Notes: a model not told the origin generated them from the letters alone. A stretch of DNA of 64,000 nt from Chrysomallon squamiferum (GCA_012295275.1 CM022670.1:868001-932000), one strand, 5' to 3'; positions 15,000-36,547 are shown, counted from the stretch's first letter. Made by a program: numbers and translations.

Positions 15000-15624
15000 C
15001 AACACAAAAGACAATGAGTTAATCGCTAATTATAATAGAGGTAATGTGTGTATATGTGTCGGTAGAGAGAGACAGTGAGAGAGATTTGTACAGTCTAATA
15101 ATCATCAGCAACTGTTTTTAGTTTTCTATAGATAATTAACAGTATAGATTTAGACGAAACACATTACGTGGAAAGAATCAGCCAACTAACAGAAAACAAC
15201 TGGACGTGCGACTTTTTTATAACTTCATAGCAACTGCATTGACATGGCCCAGTTAGCATTGTTTTACACTACATATTTTGCATATTCATAATTTTATTTA
15301 TTTAATTTATTGTTTTAATCAACGTACGCGAAATTAATAGTCGATAACCTGAGTATTCACGAAAACATATCATATCGCAGTATTAATCCTAGTTCATTCT
15401 AATACAGATAGACGTGTGTGCACATGTACGCAAGCCTACGGTCTGTGTGATGTAACTGTTTATTTAACAGTTTATTATCCTAAACTGGTTTATCAGACAT
15501 TATTACTAAATTACGACTAAATAAACGCTTATCACATATTAGTACTAACGTTTTACTCAACGTTATACTAAACACGTTCTATTTATTACTATATGTTCGT
15601 CGGACTTAAGACTACGAACCATCC

Positions 15625-15915
15625 GGATAACGAGAGTGGAAACCCTTTTCGATTAGCATCAGGATTTTTATTTATTTATTTATTTATTTATTTTATATAT
15701 GCACCATACAACAGACAGGGTAATACATACCACGGTGATTGTTATACCATGTGTGGGCTTGAAAGGGAAATTGCTCAGTGGATGGATCAAGTGTCAGGTT
15801 CTTGTACAATAATGATAACAGAGGAGAAACGTGCTATCGTATCTCTACATGCTCCTACCATTAGTAGTATGGGATGTTTTAAACGCATTTTCCCACAGGG
15901 AAGGACAAATATAGG
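15625..15915. mobile_element. Two decayed fragments of a SINE-like interspersed repeat
   Basis: Related motifs GATTAGCATCAGGATTTT...TATATGCACCATACAACAGACAGG and ATTAGTAGTATGGGATGTTTTAAACGCATTTTCCCACAG occur twice. They resemble a high-copy repeat I recall from gastropod genomes (not verified). Confidence 0.4.
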
Positions 15916-16027
15916 TTTAAACAACAACAACCGGATACATTTTGAAATAACATGGCAATAAAACGCAAAAGAATGGCCGATTTACTGGTCAACAATGACC
16001 ATGGCCTGGATATGTCAACAGGATCGT

Positions 16028-16066
16028 ACGATTGGTGAACAATGAATTCACATTTCTTATAAAATA
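16028..16066 (+). promoter_or_regulatory. Inverted CCAAT box (ATTGG) and TATA box of gene A
   Basis: GATTGG at ~16030 and TATAAAA at ~16058, about 100 nt upstream of the ATG. The same arrangement precedes paralogs B-F. Confidence 0.5.
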
Positions 16067-16159
16067 AAAATATTAACAATGAGTGAAAACAACAAGAAAA
16101 TATCAGCAACAAGAGACAGAGAAAAACATTTCAAGTTGCTTCAAAGGTAGCCATAGAAA

Positions 16160-17000
16160 ATGGTAGGTGTTTTATTTAGAATTATTTATTTATTTATTTA
16201 AATGCTATTATTTAATTTCTCCTTGTTCATATTAATAATAACAAAAAACAAACAAACAAAAAATAATGAAAAATGAAAAAAAAGTATTTACTTTTTTTTA
16301 ATCAAGATTTTAAAAGAGAGTTGAATTTATGGAAACAGTTTTTATTTAAACGAATAAGAAGCAAATGGTTATTTTAAAAATGTATATATATACTGTACAC
16401 TCTGCGAAGGCTGGTGACGTTATTTACTACTGTGGTATTTACGAGCTTTGTTATTTTATTTTATTTTTATTTATTTTTATTTTTGTAATATTTATTACAT
16501 AGCAACCATTGGTCGCCACCAAGAAATTAATTTGAAAGTGTTTATACTGCATTTCGACTACTTGTTCGTTTCGACACTACTACAGAAATGTACAAAATCT
16601 ACATACATTATTCAATTTCTTCATTAACTATGGTTTTATTAATGAGGAAACTAAATGTGATTGTTGTAAATTTCAGAAACGTCTGCTTGTGTTGTGTTGT
16701 GCACTGACGGCTGTGTACTGTGTCACGTGTCCGAAAGATATTCTTTCAACCTCTGATGATTTTCGAAAGGATCTCATCTTGTTGAACACTGAAAAGTAAT
16801 ATCAGACAGTGAAATCATGAGAAAAAAAATTAAATAAATATATAAAATAAAAATAAAAAGAGTATATTAAATAATATGTTTTTGACGTCTTAAGTTGTGT
16901 ATATCTTCTCCTGCTTTCTTTCTCTTACTTTCTCTCTCTCTTTCTCTCTCCCTTTCAAGTTTAAAAATACCTGATGATTAAAATAAAATAATTAAAATTA

Positions 17001-17043
<43 letters not shown>

Positions 17044-17860
17044 TTATCATTACTTTTGTTTTATTTTTTATTTTCGTTAACAGACGAGATACTAGGGAGG
17101 TGGAAGCTGCAGCAGAATTATTAAGAACAATCAAAGCAGAAAGTCTGACGTTTACAAACTGCCCAGTATCAGAGAGTTTGATTAGTTACAAACCTCAGTG
17201 GGTGGCAGACTGCAACCCATGTCGCTCTTTGTACAGTCTTTTGCACAGATTCTATGGAAACAGATGTTTTGTTATCTTACCAGAGATGCAGCAAGTGAGA
17301 ATTGTAAAATGCAGGTAAGAAAACCTATTTAACTATCTTTATTTAGTACGAAACGTATATTTCAGTAATTTATGGTATTTTATTTAATTTGGCTGACAGT
17401 CTTTGCATCCACAAGGGTTCTTATTTTCGTTTTACTTTCTTGCAATGAAATGTGAGAGTGTGGAGGTTAATGATTTCTTGGCCATTGTTTGTTTATTTTT
17501 ATCATTAATAAAGTTTGGTTTCTATGACAAAAAATAAAAAATCATTTGAACAAATTTTTATTAATATATGCATATATAATCCGGACAATGAAATCATGTA
17601 TGTTAGTTGTTTTATTATTTTTGGAGTTAATATGTTGTTTGAGACGGTTGTTTTTACAGGTTTTTTTTATAATCAGTTTGTTTATTTATTTATTTTATTT
17701 TTTTTATTTTTATTTTTTTTATTATTATTTTTTTAAATTTCGTCTTATTATTATCTTTTTTCTTTTACAGTTTTGTATTTACAGTAACTACATATACTTT
17801 GTTTTTACATCTAGTCTGTTGTTTTTGTAGTTGTTTGTTTTCAAACCTGTTTTCCTGGTC

Positions 17861-17912
<52 letters not shown>

Positions 17913-18162
17913 TTATAATTAGTTGTTTTTACAACTATCTTTATTTTTACTCGGCAGTTACAAAACGTGTGAAGCGCCTTGTCCGTGTGGTGACACAAAG
18001 TGTCTGCACACAAGATGGACTCGTGTCTGGTTTTGGGCGTGGTGTAGTGAGAACGTGGGCATCTGGCTGCAGGGTGTCAGCTACCGGTACATGTACCTCC
18101 CTCAGCAGTGCCTGTGCCACAGTAAAATCGGGCCAAAGTTGTCTAAAATTATGAAAAATTGA
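16160..18162 (+). CDS. Gene A: secreted cystine-knot (Spaetzle/NGF-like) precursor, ~185 aa; exons 16160-16162, 16677-16795, 17084-17314, 17958-18162
   Basis: ATG|GTAGG first exon, signal peptide MKRLLVLCCALTAVYC, KR site across the exon 2/3 junction. Domain CPVS...DCNPC...RCFVILPEMQQVRIVKCSYKTCEAPCPCGDTKC...TRVWFWAWC...YMYLPQQCLC (12 Cys). All splice sites GT-AG and in phase. Confidence 0.88.
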
Positions 18163-18448
18163 ATAATTAAGCAAAAACAGAAATAACGAAAAAAGAAAGA
18201 TCAAGAGCAGAGGAAAATATAGAACAGCAAGAAGAGGAAGAAAGGAAGGAAAGAAGAAGAAGAATTACAAATAATAATAATAATTATAATAATAATAATA
18301 ATAATAATAAATATAATAATTATAATAATAATAATAATAACAATTGTACATATATTTTTCCACAAATAAAAGTATATTCTAGTATAAGACTAAACGTTTT
18401 TTTTTGTTTGTTTGTTTTTGCTGTTTGGTGTCTTTTTTTTAAATTATA

Positions 18449-18484
<36 letters not shown>

Positions 18485-19250
18485 ATTATTTTGATAGTTC
18501 TATTGTTTGATCAACTTGCTAATTTAAATGAGTAAAACAGCTTAAATGCACACATAAACTAAGTTTGTGATTAACTCTGTCAAAGCGCCTTGAACTGTTC
18601 TGGAAAGTTCGTCACACAAAATAATAATAATAATCATAATAATAATAATAATGTAGAGCCAGTATGGCTACGGAAACAAGTCATTGTGTATGCTAATGCA
18701 AATGAAACTGGAATATTAATGTTAGAAGTAGCAAATGTGTGGGTATCTGACGTAATTGAGAACGGTTCAGCGTGGGAACGTCTTGTACCTGTAGCAGTAA
18801 TGGGGTACGGAGAAAATGGCATCCAAGAAACAACAGCACTGTGGAAAGATGGCGGAAAACTAATGCAACCCAGAGTTTTTAAATTATTGTCACAATACTT
18901 GGGACATCTGTTCTATAATGAAACGATTATATCTTCAGTTCAAATAGATTTTACGTCTTTCTGTAAGAGATATTGCCCGGTGTACTTGATAATACGTTAC
19001 TTTAACAAAGAAAAAAGTGCTGACAAATTCACAAAAAAACCCACAAAAAACCCAACTATCATTGAAAACCGATAAAAATATATTTAATAATTAACGTACA
19101 AAATAAATCCTATATAAATACAATGTTAAATTTTCTTATCATTTTAATTGGACTTACAAATTTATATGAAACACAAAATGCGTTAGACACTGAAATATAA
19201 TAATAATTATAATTATTCATAAATCTATAATAACCATTTATGTAAAAGCA

Positions 19251-19288
<38 letters not shown>

Positions 19289-20863
19289 AAGATAAGATGT
19301 AACACCTTAAACTGAATGAGACAGATTTTGCACGCCAGATTTTTCTACCAAAAGTAATTCCCGATATGTTATAATCTGGATTTATTTAAAAAAGCGACAA
19401 GTTCAACTCTGCTGGATCACAAGACACGAACTCGGCTACTGCAGGTCAGCGTGACACCGATGGAAAAGTAAGTTGACATCAGTGTAAGTATAACAATAGT
19501 TTTGTTGTTTCCAGGGAATCATTTGTCAGTGTCATACGAGAGCGAAATTTATCACCGGTGACAGGACAAAAATAAACTATTGTGTTTGCTGGAAGAAATA
19601 GCTGTATCCAGTAATAAAGAAGTAAACAAAAGAAAATGTATTCGTTGACCGTAATAGGCGAACTCGAGCTGTGGTCGAATTCTAATATACATAATAATCG
19701 TGATATTTCAGTCATCACTCACGTTTGTATGTGTTTAATCATATATTTATCTTGGCGTGCATGTATGTAAATGTATTAATCGTCATGTTTCATGAATTAT
19801 ACATATGTACGTTATCTTAATGTGTATGTGCATCTAAATAAAAATATTAATAGTGATATTTTCATCATCATATACTTATGTATGCAAATTAATGTTTTAA
19901 TCGCGATATGTTAATGTCTGTATGCGTGGATGTGTGTGTTACTCAGTGTTGATTGCAATTTTGTATTTTGCTGAATTCTAAATGCACAAATTCTTTCCAC
20001 AGAAATCACTTTTGCCAAAAATACTAGAAGAAAAAAACAATCAATATCTTTTCCTTTAATCACTATATATATATAAAGGTTAATATTGATTTATATTATT
20101 TTATTAATAAACTAAAGAGTTTTAGTTAATCTTTGGTGATATTCTTTGTGTGTCGTTATATTATGAAAAAATAGTCGTTATTTAGTTGTTTTTGTTTTTT
20201 TTTGGATTTTTTTTTGTCTGTTGGTTGCTGGTTGACTGCTTAGTTAGTTCATGAATTGTTTTTTTCTCGCTTTTTTGTTTTGTTGTTGTTTTTGTTGTTT
20301 GTTTGTTTTGTTTGTTTGTTTTTTTTTTTCTTCTTTTTTTTTTTTTTTTTCTGTTTCCTTGCTTTTCCTATTTATCATCTTCTTATTATAAACTTATATC
20401 GGATTTCGTAAAAAGTCATAGTCAGCTGTACAACAGGTTTCTTATCTGTTATAACATTTTAATTACAAATCTGTAACTTGTGCCTATTTTCATTATTGAT
20501 ATTAAAACACAATATATTTAGTTTCCCCAACTCCTAATTTGTATTCATATGCAAAATTGATTATCATCGCCTTATCCTTTGAATTTATTTATTGTATTAC
20601 TACTACTACTGCTACTATTACTACTACTAATTATACTACCACATCCATTGTTATTAATTAATTAACTTATTTATTTATTTATTTATATTTGTTTTTAGTT
20701 CCCAAAATTCCTGCTTTCTCGGTAGACGAAACTATAGTTACTAACGTATAATGACGAGACAAAATTATACAATTAATTTTCAATTCAAAATTGTCCTTTC
20801 TGGAAACTTCACTCTCTTTTTTTGGTTGTCGCAGTAGTAGTAGTAACAGCAGCAGTAGTATTA

Positions 20864-20900
<37 letters not shown>

Positions 20901-21228
20901 TACTACTACTACTACTACTACTTATAATAATAATAATAACAACAACAAAACATTTTTAAATAAATAAATGAAACAATAACTTAATATTTATTCAGTCTAA
21001 GAATAGGTTCCTTATGTTTATTTATTCCATTGTAATTTTTGCGAGACGTTAATAAAAGCTGAGTTATTTCTGTACTTGTAGTGAACGCTGTAAAATGGCT
21101 TGAACACACGCTGCATCACTGAAGCCAAGCATGCTATTATTAGCATACGTTTATATTTATTTATTTTATTTTATTTCATATTTTTAAGAAATGTTCATTC
21201 TACTTATTAAGTAAAAAGGCATTTAGAT

Positions 21229-21300
21229 TAGCAGAGCGTGGTTTCGATCCACGGACCTCTGGGTTATGGGCCCAGCACGCTTCCACTGCGCCACTCTGTT
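21229..21300 (-). tRNA. tRNA-iMet: Initiator tRNA-Met (CAT), with G2>A acceptor-stem variant
   Basis: AACAGAGTGGCGCAGTGGAAGCGTGCTGGGCCCATAACCCAGAGGTCCGTGGATCGAAACCACGCTCTGCTA: A1-U72 pair, ATCG T-loop and GGG/CCC anticodon stem of eukaryotic initiator tRNA; T-run terminator ~12 nt downstream. Confidence 0.93.
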
Positions 21301-21681
21301 TGCGTTAAGCGCCTTACTTATAACCCATTTGTTACCTAACATCTTGTCTTCAAATTTATTTATTCACTTTTTAATAGGACAGAGAGAAAAAGATTGTTAA
21401 TAATTTATTTTATTTTATTTTGTTTCGTTTTGTTTTGGATTTTTTATCGTATAATTTTCTTTTTATCTAAACTTTTCTGATTAATTTATTTGATTAAGTA
21501 TCGGAGAAAAAAATAATAATCTAGGAAGTAGAAACAAATTGCAAAATGGACAGTTTCTTTTCTTTTCAAGCGAAAAAGATTTCTGATGATATATTTTAGT
21601 TTACTTTCTTTTTATTTTGTGTTGTTTAAGATACAGTTTTCTTATTTCTTTATTTTTTGTTTATTTTATTATTTTTTACAG

Positions 21682-21780
21682 TATTCACACTTTGTGGACA
21701 AGTGTTCTGTAAGTCTGAGTGGCGGATCAAACCGTCCTTCAGTTTATTGGCTCACGTCAAGAAACACTTTGGTCACGCAC
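21682..21780 (+). pseudogene. Orphan, internally deleted paralog of the last exon (33062-33295) of the TARSH-C-domain gene
   Basis: TTACAG|YSHFVDKCSVSLSGGSNR then, in a shifted frame, LLAHVKKHFGH, versus YSYFVDKSSVSLTGRSKP...LTEIKKQFGH. Confidence 0.8.
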
Positions 21781-22205
21781 ACATATATATATTTACATTT
21801 ATATTTACATATAGGGACACACACAAAGATAGAACACAAAAAAAAAAACCCACAAAAAACCTCCAACTAATTTCACTTGAGAAAACAATTACGGTTCACA
21901 ACTGCAAACAGAAGATCTCATATATCAGTATTTTTAATATCAGTTATTACATATTTAATGTGACAATGTTCTGTGCACTATGTGTATACAGCTGGTGCCG
22001 AGTTCAAGACATATACATCATTTATTCATCGCGTTTTATACGAGAAACATTATATTTCATGTTGCCTGTAATTCTCACTTATATTCAGTTCACAGTTTCA
22101 GACAGCTGAAACACTTAACATTATTAAAATAAAATATGTACAACAAAATAATACATGTACATTTTTATTTCATAACTGTGATTATGTAGTAATAATAATA
22201 ATAAC

Positions 22206-22236
<31 letters not shown>

Positions 22237-22984
22237 GAAGAAGAAGAAGACGAGAAGATTCTAGAAGAAGAACGCACTAAAATAAATTGTAAAAAAATAA
22301 TTAAATTTATTTGGTCGTTGTCATTGTTAAGTTTTATCATTATCGATTATTTCTTTTGATTAAATGTGTAAATGCGATTTTCTATCTTTCCTGATGCTAA
22401 CAGTAATTATCTTTCCTGAAAGACAATATATTTCGAAAGCAAATCTCGCAAAAATATTTATTTAGAATTTTTGTTTTCTTTCAAACATTAAATACCACAT
22501 TTAACAGCAGTTAATAATGAATTAAGATTCAATGGCTCTGAACATATTACTATGCACACATTTTACCGGACATTTAAAGTCATTAAGAAATATTACAAAC
22601 ACACATCCACACACACAACAACAACAACAACAACAATAATAATAATAATAGCGATAATAATAAAAATAATAATAATAACTAGTAATTATAATAATAATAA
22701 GAAGAAACAACAATAATAATAACAGTTATAATTATAATAGCAATATTAACAAAATAATAATAGCAGTAATAATAGGAACTTTCAAAATTCAGGTAAATGT
22801 CTGTCAGACAAATCACAAACAATAAAATGTTTTTAAAAATATAAACAGTAGAGATAGTTACACACCTTTTTAGATCATATTCAGTGTATTTATAAATATA
22901 GATGTTTGTGTTTTATTTCTGCTTATTTTCTCCCAACGTTTCGGCAGTGGTAAGTGTATATTTATCATAGTTTATGCTGTCTGC

Positions 22985-23378
22985 ATGTATGTATGTATGT
23001 ATGTATGTATGTATGTATGTATGTATGTATGTATCTATGTATGTATGTATGTATGTATGTATGTATGTATGTATGTATGTATGTATGTATGTATGTATGG
23101 TATGTATGTATGTATGTATGTATGTATGTATGTATGTATGTATGTATGTATGTATGTATGTATGTATGTATGTATGTATGTATGTATGTATGTATGTATG
23201 TATGTATGTATGTATGTATGTATGTATGTATGTATGTATGTATGTATGTATGTATGTATGTATGTATGTATGTATGTATGTATGTATGTATGTATGTATG
23301 TATGTATGTATGTATGTATGTATCTATGTATGTATGTATGTATGTATGTATGTATGTATGTATGTATGTATGTATGCA
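22985..23378. repeat. (TATG)n microsatellite, ~390 bp
   Basis: Nearly perfect tetranucleotide array. Confidence 0.99.
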
Positions 23379-23469
23379 TGCCGAGAATGTAATATATTCT
23401 TCTGTACTTAGCAAAGATATATAGTAATCTTTAATTAATACTATTACTTCTTTCTAAAAATATCTATTT

Positions 23470-23870
23470 ACTAATACTTACTTACTTACTTATTTATTTA
23501 CTTACTTATTTATTTACTTACTTACTTACTTATTTATTTATTTAATTAATTACTTACATTATTTATTTATTTATTGATTTATTGATTTATTGAATTATTT
23601 TTTTTATATTTATTTATTTATTTTATTATTTTTTTTTTTTTACTTATTTTATTATTTATTTATTTATTTACTTATTTTATTTATTTATTTATTTATTTTT
23701 TTTTTTATATATTTACTTATTTATTTATATATTTACTTATTTATTTATTTATTTATATATTTACTTATTTATTTATTTATTTATATATTTACTTATTTAT
23801 TTATTTATTTATATATTTACTTATTTATTTATATATTTACTTATTTATTTATTTATTTTTTTTTATTTAG
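23470..23870. repeat. Degenerate (TTTA/CTTA)n simple repeat
   Basis: Direct inspection. Confidence 0.9.
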
Positions 23871-24193
23871 GGACTAGGCGGCTTAGTTTGTCATTCAAGC
23901 AAACACAAAATTATATGAAATAATTTTACTTTGTTTTTAAATTTATTTTATTAATATTATTAAAAATTATATTTGTTAATTAAATATATTTTGTATACTG
24001 AAATTTTTGAAATCCTGATATCTGCAGAATATGTTCAAGTATATTACATTTAACAATGAATACAGAAAAAATAATCATAAAAAAATAAAACAATGAAATT
24101 AAAAATTCAGATGTTTCAAAAACATGATGTATAATATAAATAATGCATCTGATATTTTTATCGTTTTTATATATATATATATATATATGTATA

Positions 24194-25449
24194 TACTACT
24201 CAAAAGAAGTTAAGACTCAAAGGAACTTTTTGATCATTTTTGAAAGTGTGTTCTTTTTAGGCCAGATAGGATTAGAATATCAATCTTTGTATTTTAGACT
24301 AAAGACATCACATCATTAAGAGGCATGCAATCATTGCCCTTATCTATAGAAACTTCTAAAGTTAACTTGTAACACCTTTTCTAGGATTTGAAAAAAACAG
24401 AGACAAACAAACCTGCCTCAATTCACCCACTGTGACAGCTCGTGCACCAGTCGCACGTGCTTAGCATGAGAGTAATTCAGTGCATGCCAATGTCAGCAGT
24501 AACAGAGACGAGCATTTTCCTTTCTTCATCACTTTCAATTTGAAGATGGTTTGACGCCAACTCAGTTTGCAAGACAGGGGAAGGGCCATTGACTGGTTAC
24601 AAGATGAACACACTCAAAGATCTGCGGCTCAGTGTCTAAATGTAAACCAAGGTGTTATCTGTAGACTCTGGAAGAGGTTCAGGACGACTACTTCTATTCA
24701 GTATCTCTCCCGTTCTGGAAGATCACGATCAACAACAGCACGAGAAGAAGTTTCCTGATGATAACGACGTTGTGACAGCGTTTACCGTCGACAAGACAAA
24801 GATTTGCTGATTTGTTCGAAGTGTGATGGTGTGATCCATGAATCACAAAACCTCTCTGTTCATTTTTAATGGAAACTTGACTGGTCAGCGTTATCTCTTC
24901 CAAATTGTTCACCCTTTGTAATTCCACATCTGCAGCGGATTACACCAGGATCTTGATTCCAGGACGACAACCTCGTCGTGCCAGGCTGGTGACTGACTTC
25001 CTGCAGCAGCAGAATGTTCAGACATGCACTGGCATGCATCTTCACCAGACTTGCCGCCCAAAGAGCATGCGCGGGATGAACTAGGGCTGCGAGTTCAACC
25101 ACATCACGTCCCTGCCATCAACCCCCAGCAACTGGCTCAGCAATTAGTTGCAGAATGAAAAACAATTCCTCAACGTTAATTCAAACGCCTGGTTAACAGC
25201 ATGCGCCAACGTTATCAACAATGTGTGAATGCTAACGGTAGCTACACCAGTCACTCACGGTACCATTCGTGAACATCATTTTTGTGGGTGCACGTCTTTC
25301 TCCATCTGGATAAGAAACTGGTTTTTGTTTTATATTTTCTTTTCTTTGACATCAAATAATTAATTTCTCGTTAGTCGTCACAGTTTTTGCATATTGGCTT
25401 ATTTTTATTTGCTCAAATATTTCTGACCCTTAACTTCGTTTGAGTAGTA
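24194..25449 (+). mobile_element. Tc1/mariner DNA transposon, defective
   Basis: Terminal inverted repeats TA-CTACTCAAAAGAAGTTAAG ... CTTAACTTCGTTTGAGTAG-TA with TA flanks. Decayed transposase: HTH region QDRGRAIDWLQ...NVNQGVICRLWKRF, FQDDN, and WHASSPDLPPKEH (degenerate WPxxSPDLNPIE); stops and deletions. Confidence 0.92.
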
Positions 25450-25787
25450 TATATAACATGGCAGTATGTAAGTAATAAACGTTTATGCAGGCACAAGAGA
25501 CTGAGGGTTGTATCCGGAATTTGTCTACACGATCATCGCTTCACACATCTTCTTTCTTACGATGATGACTGGGATTTTATATTATAAACGACCATCCTTG
25601 AGAAAATTCATTTTACTATGCTGGGGTTTTTTAAAACATATTTTTAGCATCTGTTTTTTACGATTCCGATAAGTAATGATTTATCACATTTATACAATAA
25701 ATAGATTCTAGTATTGCTTGTAAATGAGTTGTGCAAATATTTCACGCAGCTACACGTCATTTTAGATACTTGGTCAATACAGCTCTC

Positions 25788-33295
<7,508 letters not shown>

Positions 33296-35125
33296 ATTTC
33301 TGTGTTTGCTTCACCGTCAAATACATATTTACATGTTTCTATGTGAAGACTATGTTAAAACTTAAAACTGCTCCATCAGAGTTTGCTTGTTCTTTAGTAA
33401 CTCTGTGAATATAAATGTTGCTTAACTTTGTAAAGAAATACCATCACCACTTCTGTTTCATTGCAAACACCAAAATCAGCTGATCAGCAATATCAGCCTT
33501 TTAAAGAGTTTGCATCGTGAAAGTGCGTTCCCGAATATTGTCTAAGTGCAGAGTCTAATGAGAGAATGTTTTTACCTTAATACATACATGTGTACATACA
33601 TACATACACAGACACACACAAAACACTCATGCATACATACCTACATGCATATACACTTTCATACATACATACATGATTGCAATATCATCCATTGCTATAG
33701 AAGTATGAATGTGTTTCTGAATGCGACGTCGTCATCTAGGTCATAATATCACCTCCGGTCACGACATTCTCTCGGAATGTGTCATAAACTGACGGCCACC
33801 GTGTTGTTTACAAATTTACTGATTTAGGATAAATTTTCTCGTTTATGGAGCGTTTTAAATTAAACGAAGAAGAGCTTAAAACGTTTTAATCTTAACAATT
33901 AAATCTGTTTTTGTTTGTCAAATTCAATTATTCTGTTTCTGTACACTAAATGTTCTGATTAATCTAAACTTCTTGAAAATATGATGCAGCTTTTGTTTTC
34001 AGTTATAAAGATGAACATGAACGCATACAATTAATACCATTCAATACAGTTTTTATTGATAGTCAACTAAAATAACATAAAAACCAAACATAAAACAAAC
34101 AAACAAACAAACAAACAAATAATAAATAAATAAATAAATAAATAAATAAACAGGGAAGTAAAGTGAAAAAAAAATACAGGAATTTAAAAAGTTACTGGGA
34201 GGTGTATATTTAAACGAATTCTGTTGGAAATGCAATAATTACCGAGTAAAATATTTTTGTTTATTATAGATTTCAATGTTCAAACGTTTCTCCAATAGTT
34301 TCAAAAAATCTGCATTAACATTAGCACAATTATTTAAATGTATGGTTTAACAGAAGATAATTGTATACTATTTATCATAAATAAACTACAAAAACACATC
34401 TGTCATTCATTTTAAATAATCGTTTTTTTTTGTTTGTTTTTGTTTTTTTAGAATTAGAATTAGAATTTTAAAAATAAGCTGTTGTTTTTATTTCAATAGT
34501 TTTGAACGATCTTATAACTTAATATTAAATTTTAATTGTAATCATTATTGTATGGTATAGCTTTTAAGATTTTAGAATTGATAATTATTCACAATTTGTA
34601 GGTATATTATTTTACTTCAAGTGGTAAAAAAAAAATAATAGTTTAATTCTTTATTTTCTTTAGTGAAACCCAATAAGAATACATAAATATACTTGGAGAA
34701 CAAAAACTTTCTGATTACATTCACTTTGATCCGACAATATCGATATTTGACTGCTTCTGTTTGAAAATGAAAAATAATTAAATATATAATATTAAGACAT
34801 AAACAGTGTGTTGCTTTTATTCCCTTTGGAAAAGATAATTCTTCGTATTTCCACACGTTTCAGCTTTAACTGTTTTACTGAAGAAATCAAAACACAACAG
34901 CAACCGGGCTTTCAGTATCACTTTTAAATAATTTTCGATAAGAAAATTGGAAAGTGAAAATATATACGATATTTTTCATTCACATTTTACAAATAATAGT
35001 TACATGGTTTCAATCCATATTAGTTGTTTCAATTCCGACAAAATAAATGAATAAAGAAAGAAAGAAAGTACAAGTGTCGCATAACAATCAAATTATAATA
35101 TCAAAGTAAACACGATATATCTGTG

Positions 35126-35183
<58 letters not shown>

Positions 35184-35184
<1 letters not shown>

Positions 35185-36480
35185 TAGGTGTCATCCCTGA
35201 AAAGAAAAGTATTTCTAAATATAGAAGTAATAGGATGCAGCGAGCGATCATTCATCGGAGCTACGTTTTATAGATCGGGAAACCTCAACATGTACAACTT
35301 TATGTTAATTCACGCACAGATCTGTTTAAATATTAATTGAATCACAAAACATAAGAAACCAGAAACAAGCATAATGAAACATTATTTAAAATTTATCATA
35401 AATTGTTATCTTCATTATAGAATTATTTATCTTTTTGAATAAATTTATAATATAATACCACTTTCGAATTGTTTTGTGAAAAGTTTATTAGAGTTTGCGG
35501 GGAAATAACATTGAAGATTAAATTTATAAAACCACGCCAGTTTAACGTAATAAACTGGAAGTTCAGTCAATTGTAAAGCCACACAGTACTGTGGCAAGCG
35601 AGGACACGTGAAAAGCTGCTCCCATTAAACTGCAGTTTACATTGGCGCAAAACAGCAGCGACTCAAAGCAGTGTCAAGACTTAAGATGCAGACTGAAAAG
35701 ACAGAGGTGAAACAAGTTGAAGAAGACAGATATCAACCACCTTATGGGAAGTGTTTGAAGACAAAAGTGGACAAAATGAAGAAGAAAGAGAAGGGGAGTT
35801 GTCTGGATCTCATTTTTTTTCTCTCACGGAAACAAACTCGGACTTGAGAGAGAAAACGATTTCAACTCAGACTGCAAGTTAACGATTCACGCTTGCCCTC
35901 GGACTAATCGCTATAGTGATTACAGGAAAGTGTATTTCCAGTATATTCTGTGTTCCAGCTATGTATTTATTACACAAGTAATGTACCGTTCGTCTATTGT
36001 TGTTTTTTAGGGGTTTTTTGTTGTTGATTCGCGATGTTTTTGTATTACTATAATTTTTCATATAACTACATTTTTTTTTTTGCCATTCGAAACGACCCCG
36101 CCCAACCACACACCATGTTGCTTGTTAGGCCAGGGTTACCAACAAACTTGGTGTGTTCTGGGGATATCTGCCTTATTATGTCTACATTCAGTGATGTATA
36201 TATGTTTTCTGCATTTTGTTTTGTATAAATCATCTGTTGTCACGTATGTATTTGTCCGCATCTACGACCACCGTGAACGTTGGCGCCCTAAACGCTAACG
36301 TCCCTTATATTTAATCAGCTAAGTAAATAAAAAATATATATTATTTGTTTCATTAATGTTTAATTAATGTTCTCCGTGTCGTTCGTATAGCTCTAACAAA
36401 TGATTTACTTCAAATAATGAAATTAATTATCCTAAATATTTTTTCATCATCATTATTTTTATTTTTATTTTTAATAATAA
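35184..36480. repeat. Block X, copy 1 (unassigned ~1.3-kb segment repeated at 51345 and 62715)
   Basis: Shared TAGGTGTCATCCC.GAAAAG start, CACCTTATGGGAAGTGTTTGAAGACAAAAGTGGA core and GCCATTCGAAACGACCCCGCCC...TTGGCGCCCTAAACG end. Confidence 0.9.
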
Positions 36481-36495
36481 TTTTTTTTTTTTTTT

Positions 36496-36547
<52 letters not shown>

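Noticed and set aside
17084-18162. Assignment of the family to Noggin, IL-17 or conotoxins
   Set aside because: Diagnostic motifs (e.g. Noggin FWPRY) are absent; only a general cystine-knot-like pattern is supported, so no gene symbol is given.
22954-23424. Long ORFs of MYVC/IHTY repeats
   Set aside because: Translation artefacts of a (TATG)n microsatellite. The same applies to 43849-44334 and the RE/SL, poly-I/L/Y ORFs.
36125-36300. TAACCCT / CCCTAA motifs in block X as a possible telomerase RNA template
   Set aside because: No 1.5-repeat template and no supporting structure seen.
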